A stretch of DNA of 64,000 nucleotides from Ophelia neglecta (GCA_965285935.1 OZ260663.1:99448001-99512000); one strand, 5' to 3'. Positions 39,515 through 53,668 are shown, counted from the first letter of the stretch. Notes: generated by a model not told the origin, from the letters alone. Made by a program: numbers and translations.

Positions 39515-42500
39515 TTACTGGAAGTTGGCGTATGTGGCATATCTGGACATACAGTGCAAGGCCAGCTCATGGAGGTATCTGTACTGGGCCTGTAACGACA
39601 AGGGTACGGGACAATACTGTATTTTATAGTTGCTAGACCAAGGCCTTCATCAATAAAATACAAAAATTCGAACACATATGTACGATAACTACATCGTTGA
39701 TAGATATATTAATTTTCCTTTAACAGAAACAAATGAAATCGAAAGGTAGTTAGCATAAAGTTACAGCAGGATTAAATACTCGAAGTCATTTAAAGAAAAT
39801 AAATCTTGAAACATGGGTTATTATAAAACACATGAAATAAATGCATAAATAATTATAATGCTCTGTTCTTTTCGTACCAGTGAGTTAACAAACTGGGGTC
39901 TTCGGTCGCAGACGTAACGGAGACAAAGGAACACGTCGACCGCTTGGTCGACTTTCATCTTCTCTAACATACAGTTGGCAGCACAAAACAGGCCACTCCT
40001 CATCGCCCCGTCCCTGGAGGAATAATAACATAAGCAAGTTGGTTTGGATTTGTTCAAAATATTTTAATAATCGGATGAATTTTCATATTTTCATAATCAT
40101 TGTAGGATGAGGAAACAACCTACGCCCTTCTCCGACCCCCCCACCCCCACCCCCAAATATTTACATGCACTGTACAATGATTGGTTTGGCCTGGTCTCTA
40201 TCTCTCATCCAACTTTCTATTGTGTCTAAGAGATCCAAGAGCGAGTTCATCCCTGGCAGCTCGCTGGTGTCCGGCCAATCCGATAACTGGAACTGCCTGA
40301 CAGTCAACGGCTCGCTATCATCCTGTACGAGGAAATCAAAGTCAGGATATGCTCAAGGCTTGTTAATTATGCTAAAAAGCTATTAAAATGCCCCAAATTG
40401 TATGGAGCAGTTTAACTTGTTTCGTAGCGGGTATTTTTTCTTATATCATCAAAGTCGGTTTTACCAAGAACCCACAAATGAAGACATCAATGTTTATTTC
40501 ACTATTTGGTCATGTGTATACCTCGTCTGGTTCTGTGACTTGGAACTCTCTAACAAGGATAGGCCCGACTGTCTCTGTTAATATGATCTCCACTTGCATA
40601 CCGCCGTACATCTGTCTGTGGTACTGGACATCATCTGGCCAGTACCTCGGAAACGTCTGGACAGAGATGAAGAGAAACGTGTTGTTTGCAGAGATAGGAA
40701 ACAGCATAATGTCTGCACCTAATGGCTCGTAAGATGCTTAGCACTAAACTAAATTCATTTCATAAACACATTACCGTGATTGTAATTGTGGGCATTGGTT
40801 CCTGAATGAAGGTAATGATTCATTCTAATACTATTGTCTTATGTTAAGCTTTCTTACTTTACATATCAGGGTACGATTCATTATGCGGATTACTAGACGT
40901 ACTAAATGCATTGATTAAAAATATAGATATGGATAATCGCCGTTACCGAGTCATTCCCATCTTGCTTGTCTAGCAGTACAATAGTAGAAGATTTCTGTTG
41001 GTAGACCAGGCGCCAGAAGTCGTTCATTGTGCTGGTCAGCGGCATTTGGGTGGCGATCATTGCCTTCTCCTTCAGGTATGTCTGACCATGTAACAAATAA
41101 TGCAACGAATAGGATAATTTTGTTTATATCTTGTTTTGGGGTGAAGTGGGCCGAATCCTATGATAGTGTCTGCACATTGTAGTTCACTAGCATCATTTAA
41201 ACGCTGTCTACAGATTTGAAAACCGTCAAACACTTTTCCCGGATGGATGGAGTTATATCTTTGTCTAGAAGGTTTAAGGAAATACCTTTGTGCTTAAGAT
41301 CGAAATGCGGCATTATTTAGCTTTGAAAGTTACAGTGATTAAGCCCAAATAAACTCCGACTGTGCATATACGATTTCCTTTAATATCAGTTACATTCTTA
41401 CATCCACGTAGACGGCATTGATGTAAGTTCCCTCTTTTTCTGACGTCTTCTTCAGTACAGGGAAGTCATCGTCTCCTGTAAGAAGATAAGTTAATTAAGG
41501 TATACCGTAAGCATACCCGGTAATACAGAATTACAGATACGAGAAGCGGATACAAAGATACAGGGTATAAGGACATGTATGTATATGTATATGGTTTGGG
41601 ATGTTTCAGTTACATTATTAGCATAACCATAAACCATACGCCTAACACTGTCACAACTAAAACTTATTGTTTTCGTACAAGAGCATCTCGTATTTCACTC
41701 GTGTCTCGTATCTAGCTTTAAAATATGGCCTAAACTAAGCTAAAAAAAAATATTAAAACTTGTTTTAACATACTAGGAACGATCTCGTCATTTCTGTTTT
41801 TGTCGGCGTTTTCATCCAGGAGGCCGATCAGGTTTTCCCGTTGGATTGTCGCTTTGACGCTGTTCAATATCTAAATATAATATGAAACATGCCAGGCACA
41901 ATTATTGTGACAGCGGGGTTCCATTTGAAGATCTCGTTGTCTATAGCTGAGATATTACAATATCAATTCCATATAGTATTGTTAGTTTGTTAAAAAAGAA
42001 TCAACATTGACACATGTGTATCCAGAATATACTTTGTAATGCCAGATACCTAGCTACTGGGTTAAGTAGTACCTCAAATTGTTCCCCTAGAGGTGTCGTC
42101 TCATTTTCATTAACAGTCCCAAGCGCGTTCATTGTCACCTGAAGGTTGCCGCATGGAATGGAAGTGTTTCCGCTGGTCACATTATCCAGCAGAGCTTTAT
42201 ATACGAACTCGTATTGGGCCTGTAATAAGCTATGTTTTAGTGTAAGGCTAAGCATGACGTGATAAGAGAAGTATCAGGCAATAGAAACGACGAGAACGTC
42301 GAATATTTCCTAGATGGGTCCATTAACCCAAGAACTATTAATGTGCTCATGTATTGTCCTAAAGTTTGTGGCGGCGTATATCTACTTTTATTAAGCCACC
42401 TTTTGAGGCAGCATGTATATGCGTTTAACAAGCCTGTTACCTTAGTTTGTACCATCTTGAGCCGCTCCCGCCTCAGGCAGTTAACCAATGAGAAGACGTC

Positions 42501-45500
42501 CACTTTACCCTCCGCATCGGCCTGTTGTATCAGACAATCCAGAGCGATAAATGTCCCAGTTCGTCCTACCCCGGCACTATGGCGAAAAACAGCCAATAAA
42601 CTAATATGAATTACAATACAGTGAGTAATAGTAAGCCTCTCTTTATTTGTAATATTATTTTATTATAATTAAGATGTTATCTTCGAAAAGAAATCATGTT
42701 TCTATAACCCAACCACCACAACATTTATAAATTATACGAGCAGAAATTGCATTTCTCATATCAAATAAAAGTTTCCCTTCTGTTTACCTGCAGTGCACGA
42801 TCATGGGGCCCTTACTGACGCTGTCAAAGGATCTGACCTTTCTTCTGAAGGCGAGCAGAGGGTAGGCCTGCTCCGGAGCCTTCTTGTCGGGCCATTGCAG
42901 AAATTGCATAAGACGTACAGTCCTGGATTCTTTCTGTACAATAAACAATGTATGATTAGTTTCGCATTGAACACTTTGGTTTATTATGAACATTAAGGGC
43001 GGTGTCTTTTGGTGTATTTCGACATTTCATATGGCTTAAACCAATTAAAGATAAATATTTCCATTGACTTTATGGCTTAAAGTACCCAACCTCATGCTGT
43101 CGAGTGATCAGCAGTTTTCCGGACTAGGTGTTGCGGCTAAAACTCAATAGGTGGCGGAGAAGCAATGCAGCCCATGTAGGCTTTGGACGATATTTGATTT
43201 ACCATTGGACACACGAATGCCAATCAGTCTTAAGTGCAAATAAAGTTGGCTCACTTTGCTGCATTACAAGTCGTATAGTCCAACAACCAACATACACGTA
43301 CCATAGATAATGGCACTGAATCGAGGTGGAGTGGAGGACGGTTTGTCTAGCACATAGTACCCTGGGTATACTCTAATGGCCCATAGGTGGATACTACACC
43401 CTATTAACCGTTGGTTAATAACACTACCGTGAGTATGTATCGTACATGAGCCAAAGAAAATAAACTGCTGGGAAAGGGATCTTCAAGTTAAGTATCACAA
43501 TTCTGTTCACACGAACCTGACATTAGTACCTACCCTTTTACAGACGTTGAGTATGCAAAGGTTGTAATCCGTGAATGTATCACGGCTGACTGTGGTAATC
43601 CGGTAGTTACCATACTGTTCCTGACCTCCCACCGTCTCAGGCCAGTATCTCTCACATTTCCTCTGTTAATCAGGAAATAATTAAGTTAAATAACTTCACT
43701 GTTAAATATATATGTATTTATACCAGTTTTGAACAATCAAACCCGTTGAATTCCGCTTTCGTTAGATGAAAAATAATGGATATTATTTAAATATAGCATG
43801 GGCTTGCTTAAACATTGTTTTAATAAACTTCATAATTATAAGCTACATAGAAAATGATAAATTTTGTAAAGATAATATGGTGACCTCTTTAGTTTTCATA
43901 TATGTCATACAGGTATTTTGATTTCCACAACAACTAAATATCAACTGATCATATACCTTTTTATTTTCTACAAACTTGGTGAGCATTACAATTCTATTAG
44001 CTTTAGATTGCCAAATCATTCTCCACATATCACGAGTAGTTTGAGGCCTTGGTCCTACAAAAAAAAGAATACCGACCCTGTAAGCGATGTTAATAACAGA
44101 ACTTTTTAATGTAAAGGTTTAGTGTATTAGTGTAGAAATAGTAGAGGAAGTCTTTGATGAACGCACCTTGTGAAGCAATGTAAGCTTTCTCCGTCCAGTT
44201 GTATCCCTGCGGATTAATATATTTAATGGCATGGAAAAGAGTGGAGATACGAATATGAGTTGACAGTTGACGTGAATGGAATTGTATAATTTCGACATTT
44301 CACAGTCTATCTGGCGATTATTTAAACCATCACGTATACTTATGTACTACCAAAATGTAAATAAATGTTTCTTATGTCATAAGATATTATGACAATTGAT
44401 AGTTTACTGATTGTTGTAATATTAGTTCATCTTACCGTGATATAACTGGCGTTTATGTAGTCTGTTTCCCTAGACGATTCTTCTATATCTAACACCACTC
44501 TATTATAGTCATCTGTATATGTATGAAATGTTTATTATTCTACCTCTACAGTTTACTCCTCAATTTATAAAGAACTTAATAAAGCCAACATTTTATCAGC
44601 CTCAAAAATGAAATTTCATGTGGCTGTTGTTCCACTATAAACAATAATCAAATCACTTTATGTCATAAAACAATCTTATAGCCTTTAACTAGTTCAGCAG
44701 TCAATCACACATACATGCAGTTATATCGTTAAACCTATTTTTCGGATGGTTTTCAGTCAATCGCCCTACAAGTATATCAAATAGGGGTTCGCCTGGGATA
44801 TCCTGAAAGAGAAGAAAACATACTGATTTGCTGATTTAGCTCCTCACATCCGGTTAGACATATTCTGATGTTTTATTTTACGTTTTCCTAAATCAGAAAA
44901 AGAAATGACTGTATTTTAGTTGGAACCACTTTGGTAGATTTATAAGTGTAGCAAGTGTGATAAATGGTCTTTGGATAAATATTTAATTACATTTATTTGA
45001 CAGTATGACAGCTTTAAGTGTGGTTCTATAGGCTGAAGTTGTGTTTTGGAAAAAATCGATCAGCAGTTTAATATACTTACTGGTGTTTTACCAGGCGTAT
45101 ATAATTCTGACCTTATGTAATATAAGTATAGAGCATGCAGACAATTTTACTTGTACTTTACCATTAATACAAAATACCCCCAAACAAGAAATGATCAATC
45201 GTTTCAAACCCTAAACTCCTCTTTGAATCCGTCACTCTTCTCCAGTTGGTCGTCGATGTAAGTCTTTAGATTCTCGACACTGATGACATTGGGCTCGAAG
45301 GACGGCGGGGACGGCACGGAAGGCGTCTCATTCGCTGGACGATGTACCGTCACTTTACTATCCTCCGGGAATCGCACTCTCTTAATTCCCGTTGACAGTT
45401 TTTTCAGTTTTTCCAGTGTTGTTGGTTTAGGTGGCTTCTCCGGTTTGTGCGGATTAGGTGGTGTCTTGGTTGCAGGTTTTGGTGATTTATCAAGATTGGC

Positions 45501-48500
45501 CCCTGTGAAATCAGGCAATCAGAATAAATCAAAACACTTGAAATGCATCGAATTTTACAACATCGCCAGTCATCCTTTATATTGTTGAGCTTATATGGGT
45601 CTAAGTCAAAACAAAATTTAAATTGCAGTTATCAGTGAATTCAGAGCTTTCTGTTGACCAATGTTTAAAAGTGTGGCTGTTTAATCTAAGCATCGTGCAT
45701 ATGCACATCAACATAAACATGGCTTTTTTAATGTTTAATGATTTGGTAACTATTTTTTTTAAGTAACACCTCATTTTCAAAATACCTATTTGTTCACTAG
45801 GAATAATCGAGAGTAATTCTCCTCCTTGCTCGGCATCATTTTGTTCCTTGCCTCCACCATGTTCTCGGCACCTGGTGCACATATGACACGATTTCTTCCT
45901 ACGTCTGTAAAAATTCCAAAATGTGATAAATGTATATTCTAAAACACAAGCTAGTTGCATTAAAAGCTTATCGAACTCATCTATTGCTGGTCGACCAATC
46001 ATGAGTCAGAAAACTGTGCGTCAGTTTGCGATACAAGACGGCTAAACTCCCAAACCATTATAGCATGTATTGGCTTATGCTAATATGTACTCTATCACCT
46101 CCAATATTCTAGCAGCGTCTAACAGTTCCTAAAGCCTAGACCGATAGCTTACTGGAGGGAAACTTAAAGTCCGTCCGATCGTAGTTTGTCTCCAAGAAGT
46201 CGGCGCGCTTAGCCTAACAGGAGCCCCTGTATTCCAGCGGAACATACTTGTATTTCCCTGGCATTGTTTGGTTGGTTGCCAGCTTCGGATGATTTCGGGT
46301 TACCATTCCCGTTTTGTTTCCAAAAGCAGTTATAGTATAATATGAGGCTTTATGACCACATAGACCCTTTTTGTATAAAGTTTTGACATGTCACTTAATA
46401 CTATTCTTCATGGGTCTAGTAGGCCATAAAGACTCAATACCATTTTGTTATTGTTTAATTATAACACACCTAGACGGCCTATGTGGGCTGTTTGCGGTCA
46501 CATAGCTGTTACTTTAAACACTACTTAACTCACTAGACGGCGCGGAAATCTTTCCGGCTACCATATCTCTCTCATTTAAGCTTTTTATTCATTTATGAAA
46601 ATCAATGATTTCGAAAAGATTTTCCAAATTATTGGGGACAACTAAAAGAATCGAAAATTATTACTAACGTGACGATTTAGCGCGAGAGTAGTTCATAATC
46701 TCCAGAAATCCAACGTAATGTTAAGTCAATTGGGCTAGCGATATATTCTGTGTCGTGATTTTAGGACTGTGATTTATGAACGTTGGGCTCTGTCATGCTT
46801 GTAATTATACGATCATTTGTCATTTGTAGAAAAATTTACGCTGAGCCAAAGTGCATATAATAGAGGCTCTTTGCGCAAGCGCAAACCGCTTAGAAGATCT
46901 ATGAGTGGTATGAGAAATTATCTATATGTGAGCCTAACTATACTCTGTTCCACTGAAGCGCGATCATTGCAAGCAGTTCCATTTTTTCAAATGGTTGCAG
47001 ACGTCCACTCCGTTAGGGGAAAGAGTCATGAGATCATAATCAGAATGTGATCTTTGGATCCGGTGTGTTCTAGAGGCAATAACACTTCGGATTTATATTT
47101 TACTGTCAAATAGACTGCATTTAAAATCTGTAAGGATTCGTCATGCAGTAAATATAGCAAAAGACAGTCAATAATCTCCTATTATTGCCTAAATATATCA
47201 CATTGTTACCTCAGAACAACAAATATCAGGACGCCAACAGCTAGTGCGATCAGGAATACACAGGCAACGACAATTCCAGCTATATGTCCAGACTCAAGCT
47301 CGATGACAGGTTGTGGGTCGTTGGTGGTCACTGGCGTCGAAGTACTAGCTGTGACATCTTTGAACCATGTCGTCCTTTTAGTCGTTATTTCTGGGATAGG
47401 CGCATTAGTCGTACTCGGATTATGGGACGGAGTTGGCTTTACGGACGTTGTTGGCGTTGAAATAGACATTTTAGTTGAAGGACCTGCAGAAGAAGGAACA
47501 ACAGAACGTGAACCGTAATTCACAATTGCATGCACAAATGAGTATGATTGTACTGGCTGAACGCCTGCTTTCTTCTGTTTCTATAAAACTTAGCAAATGA
47601 TCTAACCAATTGTTTTAGCCAGTGATTACTTTCAAGTGATCCTTGGGTGATCGGTTCAGTGCACATATTACATGCAACAAGATATGTGTGCACAGAACCG
47701 ATCACCCAGGGACTACCTGAAAATAATCACTGGCCGAATCAATGAGTTACATCATTTTTACGCATCTAAACACATATATCGATATATCCTAGGAGAAATA
47801 CTAGGATCCAGCGTTCAGTGCTGGCCTGATGATTTCGGCCCGATTTCATGGACTTTTCTTGAATTGTGATTTGGTCTTGCTTGCTGGGTATCCAGTTCTC
47901 CCTCATTACCACATAGAATAATGTCTACTATCTGGTGGTCATTACCAGTAATTGTCAACGCTGATGTGCTTTTAAATGTTGTCTGTTCAGACGTCATTTC
48001 CCTTGATGTGGACCCTCCTGGTGTGATAGTCTTAGAAGGGCTTGGTGCAGGCGTCGTTTTACCAAAATCTAAAAAGTAGACCAAAGAAATAACGAAAGCG
48101 TCATAAAGCTTTACCAATTTATTAAGTTGGACGAGCAAATTTTGCACCCAGATACTGCTTGTACAATATTCAAAAATGGTGCGTATCATTCCAAGGAAGA
48201 ATGTTAATTTAGTTGGTTTAAACATAGAAAATCGAAATGCTTCACCTGGTAATGTACTGGCGTTCAGATACGACTTAGTGAATGTAAAGTAGGTTTCTGG
48301 ACTTTCTTTTTTCTCCCCTGACTCGTTAATCCTGTAAGCTTTCAAATCAAACTTGTACCGTGTCCCCGGCTGTAGTCCTGATACAGTTCCCTGCTGCCAC
48401 TCTGTGTTACTATAAGGCACGTCAGCTCCGACCGTCCACTCCCCTGATGACGTGGTATACAGTCTGTAGTATATACGGTATCCGATGTAAGGAGCGGCGC

Positions 48501-51500
48501 CGTCTGAGATTTCCGTCAGACCTTCTTTCCATCTCCAGGTGACCGAGTCTATACTCACAGATACAGGGCTCGTATCAGCTTTATCAGATCCGCCAAAGCG
48601 CATTATGGCTGGAAATGTATGCATGCGTATAAATATATAAATGGCATAATTGGTATAAGCAATGAGCTACTTCCAATACGACAAGTGTGTGGTAAAGAAC
48701 AAATTTAGAAGTATATTAATGAATCATACTAAACTTCGCTATAGAGATTATAGGAAGGTGTATTTCATGATCTGCAGCGTATATGCTACCATATCTAATA
48801 CTTGCAATCGTATTTAACCCGACGACCGTACATATCGTTTAAGCATAGTAAAACGATGGTACATGACTATGTATGGTATGGCCTAGAGGTGGGAAGGGTG
48901 ATACATCGGTCCTCATGGGGCCCATCACGAAAAGATACATGAACAAGATTCACGTATAGTAGCGTTTCTTTCCTTAAGACGATTTGCACAGTTCAGTTCA
49001 TTTATTAATCGCCGCCACATCCATAAAGCCGGCACAAATCTCTATTGAATGAGACGTATTGTTATAGCAGAAATTAGAAACCGTAGCAGAGGTTTCCGTA
49101 AGAAGCATAAGAATAGTAAACGTTTCTCTTATTGCCGTCATATTTGACGCGTTTGCCCACCATTCCATTCGTTCGTAATGCGATAAACTAATCATTAAAG
49201 CTATGTGGTGTGCCTTAATAAACTGCAGTGAGATTTGCAATACTGTTACCGAGAGGCCTGCGTCAGGGAGAGGAGGCCTTGTTTAGGAATTAGGGACGGG
49301 TTAGGAACTTGGGTTTGAAGGAGAGATGAAAGGGGCGTAAAAATGGAAACTAGGCTCCCTATATCCTTTAAAAACACATACTCGGTTCATATGATCAGCC
49401 AAATATATGTTTGCCAAATTTTTCGAACACTTTATGGCAGTTGGAGCTTACTCGCTATTTATTCAGCAGTCTTGGTGACATGGTCTCCATCATACCGGGC
49501 ACTATTTACTGAATAACGGCGCTGGTTACTTACGTATTACAATGTCACACTGGTCGCCAACCAGCCATGCATTGTTCACATTGAAGTCACAGTCAGCACA
49601 TGCTCCACTTCCCCGGTAACATACATCCTTACACAGAGAGTTACACTGCTCAGTACAGGCCAGACCGGAAAGACCAACGGGACATTCTGATAAACATATA
49701 TAAGCGTTTCTTTATACATGATGAACAATTCGGAAATTAGAGAGCAACAAAATTGAAGTGTGTGAAATATAATCACAAATATATCCTACTTATTATTTTT
49801 TCCGTTGTAGCTTCCAGAAAGTCTTCACTCGTTCTGCCATATGTGTTGGTACTTTCAACTGCTTCTTGGTCAGACATTTGTCTGTAGCCAGCAAGATAAA
49901 ACTGGTACCTTGTCCCCGGCTGTAACCCTGATACAGTTCCCTGCTGCCAGTCTGCTGTGTTGGAGTAAGGTATGTCAGCTCCTACCGTCCACCCACCGGA
50001 TGATGTTGTATCGGATGACGTTGTATACAGTCTGTAGTAAATACGGTATCCGATGTAAGTAGCGGCGCGGCCTGAGATCCCCGTTGTACCCTCCTGCCAT
50101 CTCCAGGTTACAGAGTACGCGGTAACTGAAACCGGAGTAGTCTGTACCAGGTCAGAAGAGCCGAAGTTCATTTGTGCTGTTGAATTATAAAAATAACAAT
50201 GAGGGACACCAGTGTCGACAAGAATACTGGTTGTTTGTCATTATATACTGAAGCCCGAAAGATTGTATAAAAACAACAAAGCGCGAGAACGAAATGCTTG
50301 TATATGCATAGGACATACTCACGTATTCGGATGTCACATTGGTCTCCCGCCAGCCAGTCGCCGTTGACATCGTAATCACATCCTTCAGTACATGCTCCCG
50401 TCGTCCTCGCACACAACGAGCTTTTACACTTCCAGTTACATCTAGCCTTGCAATCGGTCCCGTGGTAACCGGTCGGGCAGTCTGGATAAAAATATCGATT
50501 CCTACTTCAAAAGATAATTTAAAATTGTTTCATAGTTCTTTTCTTAACTTAATCATTTGTCAAATCACAAAAGCAATTAACATTCTATTCTCTTACACTC
50601 GCTGTTTCACAGTTAACTGGCCATGTTTAACATTAAATTGTAAGTTCTCATGTTTATGTAATTATGCTTGTTATTTTTTAAACCTTGACTACACGCCTAG
50701 ATTACTGTCCACAGTTCCAGTCGTAGAACTGGTTGGTTGAGTTATGAATTAATTAATTTTATTCTATTCCAGTTTCACCAGACGGTCTAACGATTGGAAG
50801 GATAGTTCAAATGAAATGGCGAAGTCTTTAATTTATATATTATTGAGAATTCCTTGTGGTGACGAAAGACAAAACACCAAGCTTATTGATTTATAGTGCA
50901 AATATGTAGACTTTGAGTTTATTTTTATATGTTTGATGACAGTGTGTGATGAGCTATCCTTGTAAACGTTAATTGGTATTTTGTATATATATATATATAT
51001 TTGGTCTATTGTATGTTTTTTTCTTTCTCCATTCATCTATATACCTATTCTGTGCCATCAGAACTTTTAAATACAATACTTTAAATGCCAATATACATAT
51101 CAAGTAGGACAGCTATACGGCACTGATCGTGTGCGGCCTGATACCAGACTCAATGGGACAACTAACAACGCCGACTTATTGACATTTCACGCTTGTTGCA
51201 CACAACATCGGCATGAAGCGTCTGGCTACTGTAAGTCACATTGATAAAGCCTGCATTAATATCCACCTCTATGTTTAGGCATTTCGCGTATCCTATATTA
51301 CAGGTATATATTATATACACAACAAATATTTGTTAGAAGTTATGGTCATCGGACAATTCCGGGGTTTGGGCTTCGTCCACGACATTGTAAAATTGTATTT
51401 CGTCGACTATAAACACTAAAACAGAATGGCGGCGAGATTCGTTGTTTTACACTCAGCCATGCAATGCCTATTGCGCCGTACCGTACCAGTGCAATAGCCT

Positions 51501-52429
51501 TGATCAGGGAGAGAGCACCCATACAAAGACTTTTCTCGTTCCAGTCGCGACTTGATTTACTAATGGTCCCTACTATCAAATCATCAACTTATTACAAATC
51601 ATGCTACGATGTTTGCTTGTTTTCTTTATAGAATTATTCCACATGGTGTCCGATTTGTCCAATGGTCTCTCTTTGTTTAATTAACACACTTCTTCACGTA
51701 TGTTGGCAGCTCGTCCGCTATCTTAAGAGAAAGCATTGCCCTAAATCATGAATTAACCATGGCTAAATGGTACTTTAAATATTTAACACTATTTATGAGT
51801 TCGCATATAGGCCAAAGAAGTTATTTTACTAGAAGTCCATCCATAGGCCTTCTACAAGCAGGCCAGCACAGAGTTCCTAGTGGCCGACTTTGGAACCCTC
51901 AGCGCCGCCGTTATGACATCCATCAGCGCCTCCAAACGCCTGAAAAAGTGCTAACTTGGATACTGAGAATTATAAGTGCTGGTTTCTAGACAACCGGGTT
52001 CGTGAATGGCTGGTGTAAACGCACGTGGTCTAGCGTCAGATACGGACAGAGCCTGAACAGCCGATACCACTACGCTACTAATTAAGGAGTCGCGAATATT
52101 ACAATATTGTTGACCGCTCAACCAATCAGTTTATATGGTAACGCTCTTATATCTACAGGCTACAGACAAAAAGAAGGAACTGCTTTATCTTCCAGGCTGG
52201 AAGAATGTAGCACACGCATCACATAGGAATTATAGCATATAGCTTTTCCCGCTAATAAAGGAGTCGATATTATTACTATAATGCTGTACGTCACTAGAAC
52301 AGCTAGTGCTGGCGACAGGGGAAAACGGCGCGTCCTACATTGCCAGAGAGTAATTTAAGATATGTATTTACCTTGTGTGTCCGCCAAAGCCAGGAAAAGC
52401 ATCGATAGACATATCTTTATAACTCTCAT
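39515..52429 (-). CDS. PTP-E: receptor-type protein tyrosine phosphatase, SP-EGF-FN3-EGF-FN3-mucin stalk-TM-PTP D1-PTP D2, 1199 aa, apparently intact
   Basis: 24 GT-AG exons summing to 3600 nt: 52372-52429, 50323-50481, 49790-50176, 49534-49686, 48246-48608, 47946-48068, 47210-47483, 45786-45904, 45210-45502, 44715-44802, 44436-44512, 44167-44206, 43957-44054, 43534-43662, 42788-42933, 42441-42576, 42073-42219, 41774-41870, 41402-41475, 40947-41081, 40522-40656, 40165-40322, 39878-40013, 39515-39589. Motifs include KNRF, DYINAS, YIASQGP, KCERYWP, WPD, VHCSAGVGRTG and MVQTKAQY; D2 has VQCMDGAMRSG. Confidence 0.92.
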
Positions 52430-53668
52430 GTTACCTAGGTATTAAACCTAAACGTAGCTCTCCTGCCGAAATGTTTTGCTGTTTTCCTAGTTTGTAAGCC
52501 TTTATAAAAGCGTATTAAAGCTGCATTCTTCACCTGGGCATGGGAAAATGTCGGTAGAACCGAAATTATGGCTTTGTGTTTCCATGTAAATATGTTGTAC
52601 GCAGGTTTTAAAGCCACTGATACTCTGCAGACCAGATAAACTGTGTAAGAGTGGATATCCCAATTTTACTTTCTCGTTCGTGACGTAGATCCAACTAATC
52701 GAGAACCCTTCATACACCATATCTCTGTAAGTGTATACTGCTCTGGAGTCGATTACACGCCTGGGCGATTTGCCTTTAATGTGATTAAGAAATCTCAAGG
52801 ACGGATCCTTGAATCTTGAGACGGCTCAAGGTCTCACACAGAGAGTAGGCACCCTTCCTATAAGCGTGCCTCCTTCGATGAACTTAGTAGGATCGGTCAT
52901 ATTTCAAGGGGTTGGGCATACATTAAAACCTGACATTTGTTGGAGATAAAACACACGGCTACGAGATACGAGTAATTAATAACTTAGCTTTATGGATGAG
53001 GTTTGGAGTAGGAGTAAGGATCTAGGACAGGACTTTTTTTTTTACTAAAGAAGTTAGTTTAACCCTACCTGTAACCCTGTCATAACCCGTACTTAACTTA
53101 TGGGTATCGTATATGTGTATCTTGCATTTCTCTCGCATCTCGTATCAGGATTTATTATCTACCGTATCCTCCTCGCACGAGGACTATCGACCTCAGTCCG
53201 CCCCTGTCAACACGATACAGGTAATCTAACAGCATTCAAGGCCACCCAGTTATGTTTACATATGGCAATAATAATCTTTGGAAATGTGTTGTATGTCTGC
53301 AATACAGCCAAGGACAACTTACTCATAATAATAGGTCCCGACTGTAGTCAATAAACCATGTCCTCCAGCGCTGTATTTACAGTTTGAGATCGCCGAGTGT
53401 TAGTTTAAACAGTTGACAATACGCCTCTTACAAGTTCTACCGTGTATCAACAAGGACTCACCGCAAGTGATATCTCTACACGAGGAATATTTCTGGATTG
53501 TCTAACGTTTATATCGTCACCCTATGTACAAGTAACATATATCTATACGGTATTAGTATAGGCAATCAAGCCTACATATCAGCATTCATGTACCGTGTAA
53601 CAGCCAGCACTCACCCAGAGTAATAAATCCTCGCGAAGCAAATCGTAATATTTTAAGCATTATTTCTG

